DNA of 64,000 nucleotides from Ramazzottius varieornatus (Eukaryota; Animalia; Tardigrada). The translations under genes were made by a program, and so were the position numbers. Positions within the stretch are counted from its first letter, which is position 1; each line of letters opens with the position of its first letter. The stretch lies in contig BDGG01000001.1 of the NCBI GenBank assembly GCA_001949185.1, positions 5,381,530-5,445,529 on the forward strand, given 5' to 3'. This document shows, in pieces, positions 25,501 to 38,632 of the stretch. The notes beneath the pieces are model-generated. The model was given only the letters and a program-made list of their open reading frames with translations. It had not been told where the DNA came from and did no database searches.

Positions 25501-27311
25501 CATGGGCGATGGCTTCATGCCGTACGTCGAACCCGTGTTCAAGAGGTGCTTGGTCCTCATCGATAGAGCCATACAAGACCAGATAGTAAGAATGCAAGAT
25601 TGGAACACCCAAGAAGCAAACTTGCTTGATTTTTGAAAAAAATATGAGAAATAAAAAATTGATTTTTCTGCGCCTATTGACTATGGTTTTTTGCAGCTTT
25701 ATCAGACGTATCCCGAAGCGGTCGAAGTGCCCGAACATGATAATCTGATTGTGGCGCTGGATCTTCTGAGTGGACTGACGGAAGGGATAGGTAGTCGTAT
25801 CGAACCGCTGGTGATGAGCAGTAATCTGATGGTCAACATTGCTCACTGCATAAGGGTAAGTTATTCCTGGCTTGTTGCTTTATACTCACCTATCGATTTT
25901 CCTGTTTGAAGAACTAGGCTTCGATGATAATATCGTGGGTTTGCTTACAGAATCAAATACCGGAAGTACGCCAGAGTGCGTTCGCGCTGATTGGCGATCT
26001 GGCAAGAGCAGCCTTCAACGCGGAGAAGCCTTACTTGGGTAAGTCACTTAGGCTTGGCTGAATTTTTAGATTCACTGCATTGTTTTTTGTGGTTGGTATC
26101 TGGGTGGTGTTGACAGATGATTTTGTGGCACATATGGCGTTGAACATGGACCCGGAGCATTTGTCAGTGTGCAACAATGCCACATGGGCCTTGGGCGAAG
26201 TGGCGCTACGGCTGGGAGCAGAGACGACTAAGTACGTCCCTCACGTGGTTGAGCCTCTCATAGGTCTCATGAATCGACCTGGAACTCAGAAGACCCTTCT
26301 GGAAAATGCAGGTACGGGAAAAGTTTTTTGAGGAGTGGTTTGTGTGTTCTAAGGATGGACAATTCTTACGAAAGAGTGTGTAACATGATAATTTCGTGTA
26401 TTCGTACTGTCTGAAGAATCAACATCATACTTTTCTTCGTTTGGGTGCGGGATTGATTTGGGTGATTATATTTTGAATGTTTTATGATTTCAGCCATTAC
26501 CCTTGGTCGCCTTGGTTTGACCTGTCCCCAGCTTATGGCTGAACGTTTACCACAATTTATTAAACCATGGTAATTTCTCGTCTTCTACGTTCCTCACATT
26601 TGAGCCACAAATGAAGCTTCCACTAACTTTCCGTTGACTGGTAATTTTACTATTGTATTTCGTTGAAATACTCAGCCTTTTTGTTTTCGTTTATTCATAT
26701 AATTTCGAAACTTTCCTGTTAGTATTGAACCTTGGCTCTTTTAACCATCTTGTATGTATAGGTGTTATTCGTTACGGAATGTCCGAGACAACGAGGAGAA
26801 GGCCAGTGCATTCCGGTTGGTTTTCCCACATCTGGAACCTAAATAAACTCGACGAGATCGTTTTCCCAAGTGGCGCACGCTTCCCGCATGTATTGATGAG
26901 GACGTGCACCGCTTGGGAAACTAGTCTTGTCGAGTTTGTTAGCTTTACCCGTTTTCTTCGTCTTGTCTCATCTCATTAAGTTCCGTACGTTCATCCTGTT
27001 TTCCTTGCAGAGGTATTTGTGTGATAATTGGTAACCGGCAAAAACCGATGGATTCAGCGGACTTTATGGCCTTCTGTGATGCCGTGGCATCCTGGCAAAC
27101 TCCCGACCCTCAACTGAAGAGTATGTTCCAACAGGTATGTTTTTCAAACAACGCTTTCTAATTTATGAAAGAGCATATGCCTGATCCGGAACATGCGATG
27201 CAGCTTCTTCATGCCTATAAATCCATGGCGCCAGCGGACCAGTGGCCTCTTTTCATGCAGCAGTTTCCCCAACCCATTCGAGAACGACTGGAGAAGATCT
27301 ACGGAATGTGA
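22587..27311 (+). CDS. TNPO1: Transportin-1 / importin beta-2 (multi-exon)
   Basis: [52 protein letters not shown], acidic H8 loop, [35 protein letters not shown]; ends [10 protein letters not shown]. Confidence 0.96.
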
Positions 27312-27687
27312 ACGCTGACAGACCCTCGTATGGTGTACCTCCACTTGATATCCTTCTTTCATTCTCCGTACGCTTCTCGTTTAGAACGGAAGTGAATGTA
27401 TACTCTTTTCTCGCATACCTGGCTTTGCCATAGTAGAGACGTTTTAAGGCTTTAGTTATCGTGAAACTTTTCTGTGTTAGACTGAACTTTTCGTTTTCTT
27501 GCACCGTTTGGCACGGTTCGTTCGAGCTTGGCGTGATAATTATCATCCAGATGTTTTCAGTCATGGTTTTTCTTGTTGTCGAGACGAACACAAGCTAGAC
27601 GTTGTTTTTGTGATTCGAGAGTGATTTAGGTTGCGGTTTTCGAACTGTAAGGAATATGATCCAGCTTTCAGTTGTAATATTTGAAGC

Positions 27688-27727
27688 CTATGCCAACCAG
27701 CGCTCCACAACTTCTGTTAGGAGGTCA
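27688..27727 (+). promoter_or_regulatory. Conserved upstream module CTATGCCAAC...AGGTCA (first of eight; others at 31493, 35032, 38420, 47685, 49928, 53142, 57588)
   Basis: The same 10-mer lies 196-234 bp before the ATG of each full-length protease paralog, with AGGTC[A/G] 28-40 bp further on. Confidence 0.8.
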
Positions 27728-27895
27728 CCTCTGCGCTGAAACTCAAAATACATCTGAAAGATGAAATCTTGGAATATAATGTAGTGAGATTGAATAATTC
27801 GTTGTATTTTTGTCCTATTCGAGCTGTACTATTTGATCGCGGTCCGTTGTACTCCAGAAGCTTGATTGTGAGCTTAGTTCTTCGGGAAAAAGCAG

Positions 27896-30761
27896 ATGCG
27901 GGAAGTTGGTCGTTGTTTCGAAATTGTGTTTGAGAAATTGTTGTTGACAGTCGTCTTTTGGGGTTCCACGCATGAAGCGGTCCATGCAGCTTGTCCCACC
28001 GTCATTGAGCTTCAAAATGTGGGTGACTCGAAGTCCATTACATCGACGTTGAGCGCAAATGAAGTAAAAAGATGGATCGTGAAGGGCAATGGTCATCCCA
28101 TCAACATCACTATTAGTCGGATGTCAATGGGTCCCTGGAATAACGACGTAATGAAAAACATCTTTTTTGCATGTTTTGACTCTCCGCTTCTGAGAGTGGT
28201 CGACAACAAATGTAAGTGATGTTAATGTCACACCAATCCAAGTTTGTATTGATATCTATGCATCAATTGCCTATCGTGACATCTTGCAGACCCGCTTTTT
28301 CCTCTGGTGACCGTTTGTGCCGATAAATTGTTCAGCGGGCCATCCTTCGGCGACTTTTTGGGAAGTAGACGTTTTATTTCATGCGTCGGTGCGTTGTACT
28401 TTGTTTCATAAACCTGACTCATCACTCTTTCCTTCACAGAACATCAGCCACATCGGAAACTCTATGTACAATACCACTTTCACAATGTATTTGACCGGTG
28501 AGTTTGTGTGAGTGGAACAGCTGAATTAGATTCCGACGAACTGTCTACCCGAAGTTGGTGGTGCTACCGTGCGTTAGAACCGCCGAATGTTGCAGCGGTG
28601 CAGTGCGGCCAGGATCACTATGTGTGTCCCTCTGATCGTAAGAAGTGCATCCCTTTGGACCAGATGTGTGATGGTCAGCAAGATTGTCCACAAGGAGAGG
28701 ATGAGATATGCACGGAAAAGTGCGGAAATGCCGGAGCAGCGAACAAAAAGGACAAATTTAGCAGTAAAATTGTTGGTGGCGTGGAGGTAAGCATTCATTC
28801 GGAAACCCAATCTGCTAGTACTGCACCAGCAGTGTGGATTCGATTTCCAGGCAGTTCCATACAGCTGGCCATGGCAGGTTTTCGTCTACGGAACGGACGG
28901 CGCATATTCGTATCAATGTGGTGGGAGCATTGTGAGTGAATAGCCTAAACCAAAGTCCGGTAATGTTGAACTGCGACTAAACTGATTCGGACTATACGCC
29001 TCGTACTGAGAAAGGTTTTCTTTGTGAGTGACAGATTGGGCCACAGTGGATTCTGACTGCCGCGCAGTGTTGTTGGACAACAAATTTCGAAGCCAAGCAA
29101 GTGTGAGTGTTCTTTTGGTTTTCGTATAGGACATACTCATAAGCGCGGACGATTAAGGTCTTCGCGCGTTTTTGTAGGCTATGGGCACCTAACCAGATGA
29201 AGGTCTACGTCGGAGGTCACACGAAAACCGAAAACACTCCCGTGGCCGTAGCAGAGGTCATTCCTCATCCGGACTTCATTCCTTTAAAGGGCTACAATAC
29301 TGATATTCCCGCACCCTATCGCGACTACTGCATGGTGAAACTGGCAGAGGTATAACCGTAAGACATACGGAGACAGTGTCTTAGTCCAACTGCGCAAAAA
29401 CTGAAGCAACTGCTAATTCATGCTGCAGCCACTGGTGTACAGCGATAAGGTTGGACCAATTTGCTTGGCGCAACTACCCAACCCACCTCCAAAAACATCG
29501 TGCTACATAACAGGTTGGGGACGTACAGTGCCAACTGATATGGGTTCCTTCAGTCCGAAGCTGATGGAAGCAGACGTCAGGCTCAAAACGGACGAAGAAT
29601 GCTCCGCGGCTGCTCGCGAGGAGGGAGTTTCATGGAACAGTTACATGAGCCCGGAAGCCATGTGCACGCTGTCGAATCCCAAGTCAATGTACGTAGCCAC
29701 GTCAGTTGGTGCAGCTGGATGTATTTCCGGGCCGTTGAGTGTTTCCTAGTCTAATCATGACCTTGTTTCAGATGCGGCGGTGACAGCGGAGGACCTCTGG
29801 TTTGTCGACTTCCTAAAACTGACCGCTTTCAATGGCAGCTTATTGGAGTGACTTCCTATGGGTCGTAAGTGTTTAATTTGTTGTTTGATTGCCGGCAGGA
29901 GCAGACTTTAGGCACTCGCGATGTCACCTGGTTGGTTGTCTTGCTGGTTATAGGGTATGTGGAAAAGATCCGGCTTTCTCTGTCCGGGTACGCCGTGGAC
30001 TACCTTTCATCGCCGACGTGCTGTACAAGGAGAAGTACGACGGCTGGAACTCAAACAGAACTATCAGGCGTTTCGATCCATCGGTGCAGTACGACATCGC
30101 GGATTACAAGGTCGACATTCCAGTTGGCACACGCGAGCGAGAGTACACGGTAGATAAACCCAGGACAAATGCCTCTTGGTACGCCGAGGATAGTTGTTTC
30201 CCCAGTGTGGCGACCACTCCAGCCATCAAAGTTCCTACAACAACTACCACCCCCAGCACCACGACTCGCCTTACCACTAATCTCCCCACCACCACCACTA
30301 CTACCACCACTACCAGTACCAGTACCTCTACTCCTAAACCAACTACTCCTAAGCCAACTACCCCTGTCGCCACTACCCGTGCTCCTACCACCACCACCCC
30401 TCCAACTACCACCCCACTTACCACTACAACCACTACCTCCACCACTACTCCCACAACCACCACCACCACCACCACCACTACTCCTACAACTACTACCACA
30501 ACTCCAACAACTACCACTCCTACACCAACCACGACTACCACTTCTGCTACTACCACCACAGTTACCGATGCTGCCGCAACTGAAGTTTTCACTGAGGAGG
30601 TTACGCCTGAGGAGGGAGATACACCAGAGAAAATGACTATCCCGGCAGCCACTCAGACAACTAAGGGATCTAGCGCGACCAGCAATGGCCACTACATCCA
30701 CCTACTCACATTGCCTGTCTCCGCGGCTCTCTCATATACTTTCTCAAGACGAAAATGCTAA
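27896..30761 (+). CDS. CUB-LDLa-serine protease paralog 1; catalytic His replaced by Gln; long Thr mucin stalk; GPI-like tail
   Basis: Signal peptide, CUB-like exons, LDLa CGQDHYVC..CDGQQDCPQGEDEIC, K|IVGG, WPWQ, LTAAQCC, DYC, GDSGGP. Confidence 0.9.
30240..30560 (+). repeat. ACN (Thr) low-complexity repeat encoding the mucin-like stalk
   Basis: Runs of ACC/ACT/ACA codons in frame with the last exon of paralog 1. Confidence 0.9.
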
Positions 30762-31726
30762 GTGAGAATAGGCTCGGGTAATTTATTTCAGAGCTCTAGT
30801 TAACCCCGCGTGGAGATACGACATGTTACATGGGATTTTAGATGTGACGATGAACTTTCGTTGGAATGCGATTATGGGAATGAACAGATTAAACTGACGA
30901 ATTGAAAGCGAGCTGTTCCAGCGTTTAATGAGCTCAGACCACATCTATGATCGGTGTGTGTAGTACCGCTAACATGAGCACTGGGCGAAGCTTCTTGGTA
31001 AGGTGTGGCCAAATCGCGCAGTTTGGCGCTGAGAGGAAAAGTGTTTTTGTTGATTAATCAAGAATATAACAGTCATTTAACTCGAAGAAGACCTACTGAT
31101 TGGCTACAATGCAGCTACCTTTCCTCTTGGTACAGTTCATTTGACCACGCCTTACCAAAAAGCTTTGTGAAGCCGACATAAGTCAAGGAGATGGCCAGTC
31201 ACAACCTAATGGACCGATGACGAAAGACTCCGCACGGGGAGGAGGGATAACCGATCCAGCGTATTTTCCAATGCTTACGGATACGCGAAAGCGTGAAACA
31301 CGAAAACTTAATCGAGTCAGGGAGTTTTTTGCGTCCTCTAGGATGACTGTTCGTCCTGGCGAAACCGACACTACCGAATATTCTCAGCGATGTTGAATTA
31401 GCTTGACAGACCAAGCTTTCCGTGAAGGACAGCGACTCGAACAGCCGGCGGACATACCTTCCAGGCCACGTGCTCATGAACAGTCCGGAAATCTATGCCA
31501 ACAAGTGGAAGGTCGCTTGAAGGTCGTCCCTTCATCGACTGAAAATTAGTTTCGATAAAGTCAGCTCAGACACAAGAACAAGAAAAAGTGTAGTAACTGT
31601 GTATCTGGTAATAATCCTGTAATATCTTGCCATCTTTGAGCTGTAGTACTGTGACCTGCATCGCGGGAGCCACGAGGCCGTTTTTCTTCGTCTCTGAGCC
31701 TGGTTTGGCACCAACCGGAACGGCAG

Positions 31727-34646
31727 ATGTGGAGTGCTGGCGGTGGTTCAGAAACCTATTTTCGGAAAGTTGCGGCCAGTCTTGTCGTCTGGGCTTGTGC
31801 GCACATCATCGGTGTTCAAGCTTCGGATTGTCCCTCCTTAGTGGTGCTCGACAAACTTGGGGCTACAACAACCATCACAGCGTCACTGACGACCAACGAC
31901 ACAAAGAGATGGGTGGTAAAGAGCGACGGCCACCCAATCAAGATCTCCATCATTGCGCTAGACATGGGAAGTGTGCAATTTGATGCACCTAGCCAAACGC
32001 TCTCCGCGTGTCTGCCATCTCCCATCCTACGTGTTGTTGACAATAAGTGTGAGGATACCATGATCGTCGTACTCTGAAATCTATTTGACTGCTTCAACAC
32101 TAAATCCAGATAGAACGATCTGTCTGATTTGTAGACCCGCTGTTCCCACTAGTCACCACCTGTGGTAAATTTCCTCCGTTCGAGGTGACATCGTTCGGCG
32201 ATTTTTTGGTAAGTATGTCTCTCACCTTCCGTTGACCGCGCTACCATGTACAGTATGATCAACCACTCTGTACTGCTCGCAGAACATTACGCACACCGGG
32301 GATCAATACCTCGCCAGCACCTTCACCATGGATCTGACCGGTAGGTGTAGGCCGTAAGCTGCGGCCCACAGTGGCGGCTGCGTATACAAACTTCTGCCGT
32401 TGAATTTTCGCCTGCCTATGTTTAAATGATGGTGGAGGACAGGTCAAAGGCAGAAGTCCGTATACGCAGCCGCCACTGTCGGTCCGCAACTCAGTTTGGG
32501 ACAGCTGACTGTTACCGCCTTCCAACAAACAAATTTTGTAGTGGTCGAGTGCGGGCAGGACCACTTTAAATGCCCATCCGATCCGAGAAAGTGCATCCCA
32601 GTAGACAGGATGTGTGATGGCCAAAAAGACTGCCCAAACAACGAGGATGAGATATGCTCGGAACAATGCGGATATGCGGGTTCGGCGAACACGAAGGAGA
32701 TTTTTAAGAAGAAGATTGTTGGTGGTGTGGAGGTACGTCCAAAGACGCTCTAGAGCGCCTTGCGCAGGACTCCAGAGGGTGCAGTAGGTAAAAGATTTTT
32801 CTTTACAGGCCGCAAAACACAGCTGGCCATGGCAGGCTTACGTGGTCAACTACAATCTTCTCGCTGATAGATCATATACGTGTGGAGGAAGTGTTGTACG
32901 TATATCGACCAACTACACTGAAATTCGGGAGCGTTTATACCTATGTACTATCGAGAGTACCAGATTTCTGGGTTTCAGATCGGTTCGCAGTGGGTTTTAA
33001 CTGCCGCTCATTGCTGCTGGGGAAAAGATAACAACCATGTCGATGTGTAAGTACAGAGAATGCGGCGCCGTCGTTGGTACAAAATCTAGTGAAATGATGG
33101 AAATCCGTTGTCGAGCGTGAACTTAGTACCAACTTACCTCTTTCGCTTCACTGTCATGAGATTCAAATATGTCGTCACCGAAGCTGAATCCGCAGGCCTG
33201 CTGTCCCCGGTTATACTCCGCTGCGCCCGCAGCTATAATGCAGCTGCAGCCAGTCCGAACTATGGTTCTAACAATAAATGGTCCACGATGGCGCTCCATC
33301 CAGAGTTCTGTTACTCGTCTGTCTCATTCCGAATTTTTTTTATTGCAGACTTTGGAGACCCGATCAAATGACAGTTTATGCTGGAGGTCATACGAAAACC
33401 CAGAACGAACCTATAAAGGTTGAACAGATATTCCCGCACCCTAACTACACCGGTATCTATAACGAGGACTTGAAAGCAGTACGTGACGACTTCTGCATGA
33501 TAAAACTGGAAAAGGTAATCCTAAAAGAATACAGGGATGTATCGTTCAGCGTAGTAGAAGACCCAGATAACCGTTACATTTTGTCGTAGCCTCCGGTGCA
33601 TATGGAATCCATCCAGCCAATTTGCTTGCCGCAGCCGCCGGATCCGCCCGCAAAAACAGCATGTTACGCAACAGGTTGGGGACAAACGGTGCCTACTAAT
33701 CCAAAGAATGAGGAAAGGTCGAGCGAAAACTTGCTGGAAGTTGACCTTCGGATCAGATCTGACGACGAATGCTCAGCAGCTGCTTTCGAGTCGAATGACA
33801 CGAATCAGATGTTCATTAGCCCTGAGGCATTCTGCACTGTATCAAACCCGAAGTCAACGTACGTATGCTTGTTGTCCTGGGCGGCTAACTGTTCTCGCAT
33901 CCTGCAGCGTCGCTGTTGATACGCTGTGTCTTTTCAGGTGTTACGGTGACAGTGGAGGACCTCTGGCCTGCCGACTTCCTAAGCACAAGTTCTCCGAACA
34001 CTACCAATGGCAGCTTGTCGGAATAACTTCCTACGGATTGTGAGTGTCTATGTTTAGGTTGAAAGTAGCAATTAAATCCAAGAGATGTGACGTCACTAGG
34101 GCACTGTATCGTGTCGATAGGGCCTGCGGTCAAAATCCTGCGTTTTTCGCACGCATACGCCGTGGCTTACCGTTCATGGCTGATGTGTTGTGGAAAGAGC
34201 AGTACGCCGGTTGGTTCAAAAACAGAACGGTCCGCCGCTATGATCCCTCGGTGGATCGATACACACTCCAGGATTATGATATCAAAGTGACCGAGGGAGC
34301 GGTTGAGAGAGAGTACACCGGTGAGACGGCCAGAGCGAAAGCGCCATGGGACGTCCCTGACACCTGCGTTTTCAACTTCCCCAGTACGACATCGACAACG
34401 ACCACTACCACTACCACCAATGTCCAGCCTGCCGAGGCTACCAGCAAAAAAACTGCCAAACCCCGTAAAGTCACCGACCCTGCCAATCCGGAACCCGAGA
34501 ATGAAGAAGAACCTGAGGACGTAACTGTCGAGGTCACGGTAGCCGCTACCACCAAAAAGTCCGGCAGCAGTACCCACCTCGCTCACTTCGCTCCTGTGAT
34601 TCTCTGTGTTTCCTTCATAAGCTTGTTTACGACGTGCCACGGTTGA
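31727..34646 (+). CDS. CUB-LDLa-serine protease paralog 2
   Basis: Same exon set: KKIVGG, LTAAHCC, DDFC, CYGDSGGP, hydrophobic C-terminus. Confidence 0.9.
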
Positions 34647-35264
34647 CTGAAACATAGAAGCTCTTTTATTTTTCTTAAAAAGAATATAGCTTGGAACGTT
34701 TTTTATTATCCCATTTTACTCTTACTTTTTACAGTAGCTGTTCGTTAGCGTTCGTTCAGTTCCTTGATTCTGATGAGGATAGTATACAAATATAGTGGAA
34801 AGATTGATGTACTCCAACTGATCTTACGCACGGTTTTTTTTCGCGTCAGCTAATGAAGTCTGCAACAACAACAATAAACATCGGACGAGACTGCACACAT
34901 TGTTGAATCCGTTTATACCTTCTGGCAGGCTTGGTTTTGTTACTGATGCAAAATCTGGGAGCTGATTTTTGGAGCTTAATCTTCGGTCGTGCTTGGTCAT
35001 GCTTGTCGCAGAATGACATCAGCATCGAAACCTATGCCAACAGAGAGGATTAGTTTATAGTAGGCTCGAAGGTCACCTCTTTTCTCAAGTGGATCGTTCC
35101 AGAAAGCAAACTAACGAGCCCCGTGTTTATTTACTGCATTTTCGTCACATCTAACCGACGCTTCCTGTTATACTTTGCCCGATATTGCCCAACAGTATAT
35201 TCGTCAGTATATTTATCAGTATATTCATCAATATTTGTTGGAAACGTTATTTCGAATCAGGCTG

Positions 35265-38047
35265 ATGCGGAAAGCTCCTGATCGTTCCGCAACGCGCTTG
35301 CTTGGTTTCGTTGATCTCGTTGTGTGGACCTGTTTACATGCGCCTTTTGTCCATGCTGTGACAGATTGTCCAACCGTTATTGAGCTTCGGACGATCGGGG
35401 ACTCGAAAACCATCACATCGACTTTGTCGACGAACGAAATAAAAAGATGGGTCGTCAAAGCCAACGGACACCCAATCAACATGACCGTTACACAGTTGGA
35501 CATGGGATACATACTGCCGAACATTCCCAAGCTTCCCGGCCCTGGGTGTGAGAACTCGCCGCTCCTAAGAGTTGCTGACAAAAAGTGTACGAAATTTGTG
35601 GCTCATATTTGAAATTCGTTTCGCAAAGATTAGTAGTTGCTGTAAACGCGTATAGGAAAAGTCTGGAACAGTATGAAGTTTGGAACAGGCGCTTCCAACA
35701 GCGGACCGAAAGTTCGTACGTAAGTGTGCAATTCACGCCAATGCACTTTTGACAATTTCCTGCGGTTGATTTCTCAATTTGCCGTCTTTTCCGCCTGTTC
35801 CACACTTTTTATTGTTCCAAATCTTTCCTTTCGAGCGTGTACAGAGAAGCCATCGAATGACTGTATCCACAGATCCGCTGTATCCGCTGGTGACCGCCTG
35901 CGGCCCCTTGTTTATGAGGCCACTCCCACTGCGATCGTTTGCAGATTTCCTGGTAAGTTAATGTTATTCCTCATGTTATCGCGTTATTCTCTTGTAGCAC
36001 TGACACCTGGCTGCTCACCCGCTTTATTTTGGTGACAGAACATTACTCATATCGGTAATTCAACGTTCCCTAGTTCTTTCACGATGGAACTTGTCGGTAT
36101 GTAACTTGGTCGAAATCACAACGTTGAACTATTAATCATTTTCGATTAGAAATTACTGCAGTGGTCGTCCAAACACACTACAGTCAGCTTGTGAGGGCGT
36201 AAAAAGTAGTAGAAATTGTAGCTGTCGAGTGTGGCCAGGACGATTTTGTGTGCCCTTCCGACGCGAGCAAGTGCATTCAGGCGGATAAGATGTGCGATGG
36301 TTACCAAGATTGCCCAAAGGGGGAAGACGAAATCTGCACCGAGGATTGCGGTAATGCCGGTGCGGCGAACAAGAAAGGAAAATTAAGTGGAAAAATTGTT
36401 GGTGGCGCAGAGGTATGCTCTTGTGATGGGAAGCGCAGCTTGAAAGTATTCATGGAACTACTTTCAAACTGGATTTTTCTCTAATTCTAATTGGATTTTT
36501 TTAGGCAGTCCCGTTTAGTTGGCCATGGCAGGTTTTCATACTCTCGGATAACGGTGGCTCGCATTTTGGTACATGCGGAGGAAGCATTGTATGTGAAGCT
36601 TAACCTCCCCCAAGGTATCAGCAATAAAATTTTTTATTTCCTGGTTGTACATAGGTGGCACCCCAGTGGATCTTGACTGCCGCTCACTGTTGCTGGAACA
36701 TCGATCGGTATGGCAGCGATCTGGGGTGTATTAAGTCGCTGATGATTGCGGTTATTTGAATGAGATATTCACTTTCGCTGTGCGGGATTTATTGCAGGCT
36801 GCGGCAACCTCAACAGTTGAGGGTTTACGCAGGTGTTCACCTGAAAGACGGAGAACCACATGTGACCGTAGTGAAGGTGGTTGCTCATCCCGAGTTTGGT
36901 TATTACTACAACTCTGACTTCCATGCACTCCACCATGACGCATGCATGCTTAAACTGGCACAGGTCAGTGCTTACTACAGAATTCCGACAATTCCCTCTG
37001 ATGGTGCAGTCGGTACAGAAAACGCTTGCTTTCTACACTACAGCCACCGAGCTACACGGACAGAATCCAGCCGATTTGCTTGGCGCAGAAGCCAGCACCG
37101 CCGCCAGGAACTTCATGCTTTATTACAGGTTGGGGGCGTGAGGTCCCGGAGACGATCGAGTCGGAGTCACGGAATCTGATGGAAGCCGACGTCAAACTCT
37201 GGAGCGATGAGGAATGCTCGGCCGGTGAACATCTTGATGGAGCATCACCGTTTTTAATGAGCCCTGAAGCACTTTGCACATCATCATCCCCCAAAACAGC
37301 GTAAGTGAGATGGTTCGCGGGTTTTCCGGAACGGTCGTCGAGTCTTTGTAGTCGAAACATTCGCTGCTGGATTCAAAACTTTCGGCTATACTAATTTAGC
37401 AACATTCGCAGATGTCAGGGTGACAGTGGAGGACCACTGCTTTGTCGGCTTCCCCGAACCGAACACTTCCAGTGGCAACTAGTTGGGGTTACTTCTTACG
37501 GCAATATGACGTAAGTGTCACTACTGTGCGCAACCAGAATCAGAGAGCCCTACGAGATTGGTTCGCTTGCAGGAGATGTGGTGACAGCCCATCATATTTC
37601 GCAACAGTACGCCGTGCCCTGACTTTCATGGCCGACGTGTTGTATAACGAGAATTATGATGGCTGGAATCCCAACAGATCGATCAGGAGGTTCGACCCGT
37701 CGGTGCAGTATGGAACCGAAGATTACGCTATCGACGTTCCGGCCCAAGCAGATACACTTCCTCCCAAGCTTAATCCAGTCAGGACAAACGCTTCCTGGGT
37801 CGCCGACGACAGTTGTTTTCCCGCACCGCCACCCACGACAGTTACCAGCACTGCGGGACCTGGAGATGGTGTGACGCTTGAGGGCATTACTACTTCTGTC
37901 CTGGGACCAGGTGGACCACCGAACATTGCCAGTAATGTCCCTTGCACCAGTCTTACCTTGGTTTATTCTGTCTTGTTGATTTGCGCTTTTGCAAAAGGTA
38001 GTGCCCAGATACCGCTCCCTCTCCGTATGGTCTTTTCTACGACTTAA
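35265..38047 (+). CDS. CUB-LDLa-serine protease paralog 3
   Basis: [26 protein letters not shown], hydrophobic C-terminus. Confidence 0.9.
35645..35839. mobile_element. MITE family A variant in intron 1 of paralog 3
   Basis: TA-flanked, with inverted arms and a core homologous to 51545-51724 and 53684-53887 in the opposite orientation. Confidence 0.7.
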
Positions 38048-38632
38048 AAAAATGTAATTCAAAGTTTAGTGATGAACAGGCTGCGAGGTCACCAGGTTTT
38101 GACATTTTCCTCTATCTAGTCGCCGGCCTCCTCAGGCATTACGACTGATCGCCATTATAATCGCCGGGGAAGTATGAGCGTCGGAAGAGCTTTTCAGAGG
38201 TGGAGCCATTTTGATTCTTGAGAGATCGAACGCTCTGATGTTCGAGCGTCAAGTGAACCGGCAATTTGCATGCAAAACGCAGTACCTCACATGCTAATTT
38301 TGAGCAATGCGTGAGCGATTTTGAGCAATTCGAGCGGAGAACTTTTGAGCGTTTCCTCAGCTTCGGACTCAGGGACCCGGAGGACGGGCTACCGAATTCA
38401 TAAGTAATGAAATGGAAACCTATGCCAACAGAGGGCACCAGCCACCAAGGCTTGAAGGTCACTGCATTATCAAACCAGACAATTGGAGTGCAGAAACAAA
38501 GAAACTTGTATCTCGTAAATAAACTTTGTAGTATTCTGTCGATACCTGCTGTAGTATATTGCCTATAAAACCGGAAAAGCTACTGTCGCCCTACCTGCAT
38601 ACCTCGTTGAGAAATTTCTCTGAATCGGTTGA

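Noticed and set aside
24313-25846. Long minus-strand ORFs (245 and 163 aa)
   Set aside because: Antisense shadows of transportin exons.
30051-30701. Gly/Ser-rich, poly-Val and poly-Pro overlapping ORFs
   Set aside because: Shadow frames of the Thr-codon repeat in paralog 1.
35193-35237. 12-nt tandem repeat extending the paralog 3 ORF upstream
   Set aside because: It needs a TTG start and lies before the ATG that aligns with the paralogs, so it is likely 5' UTR.
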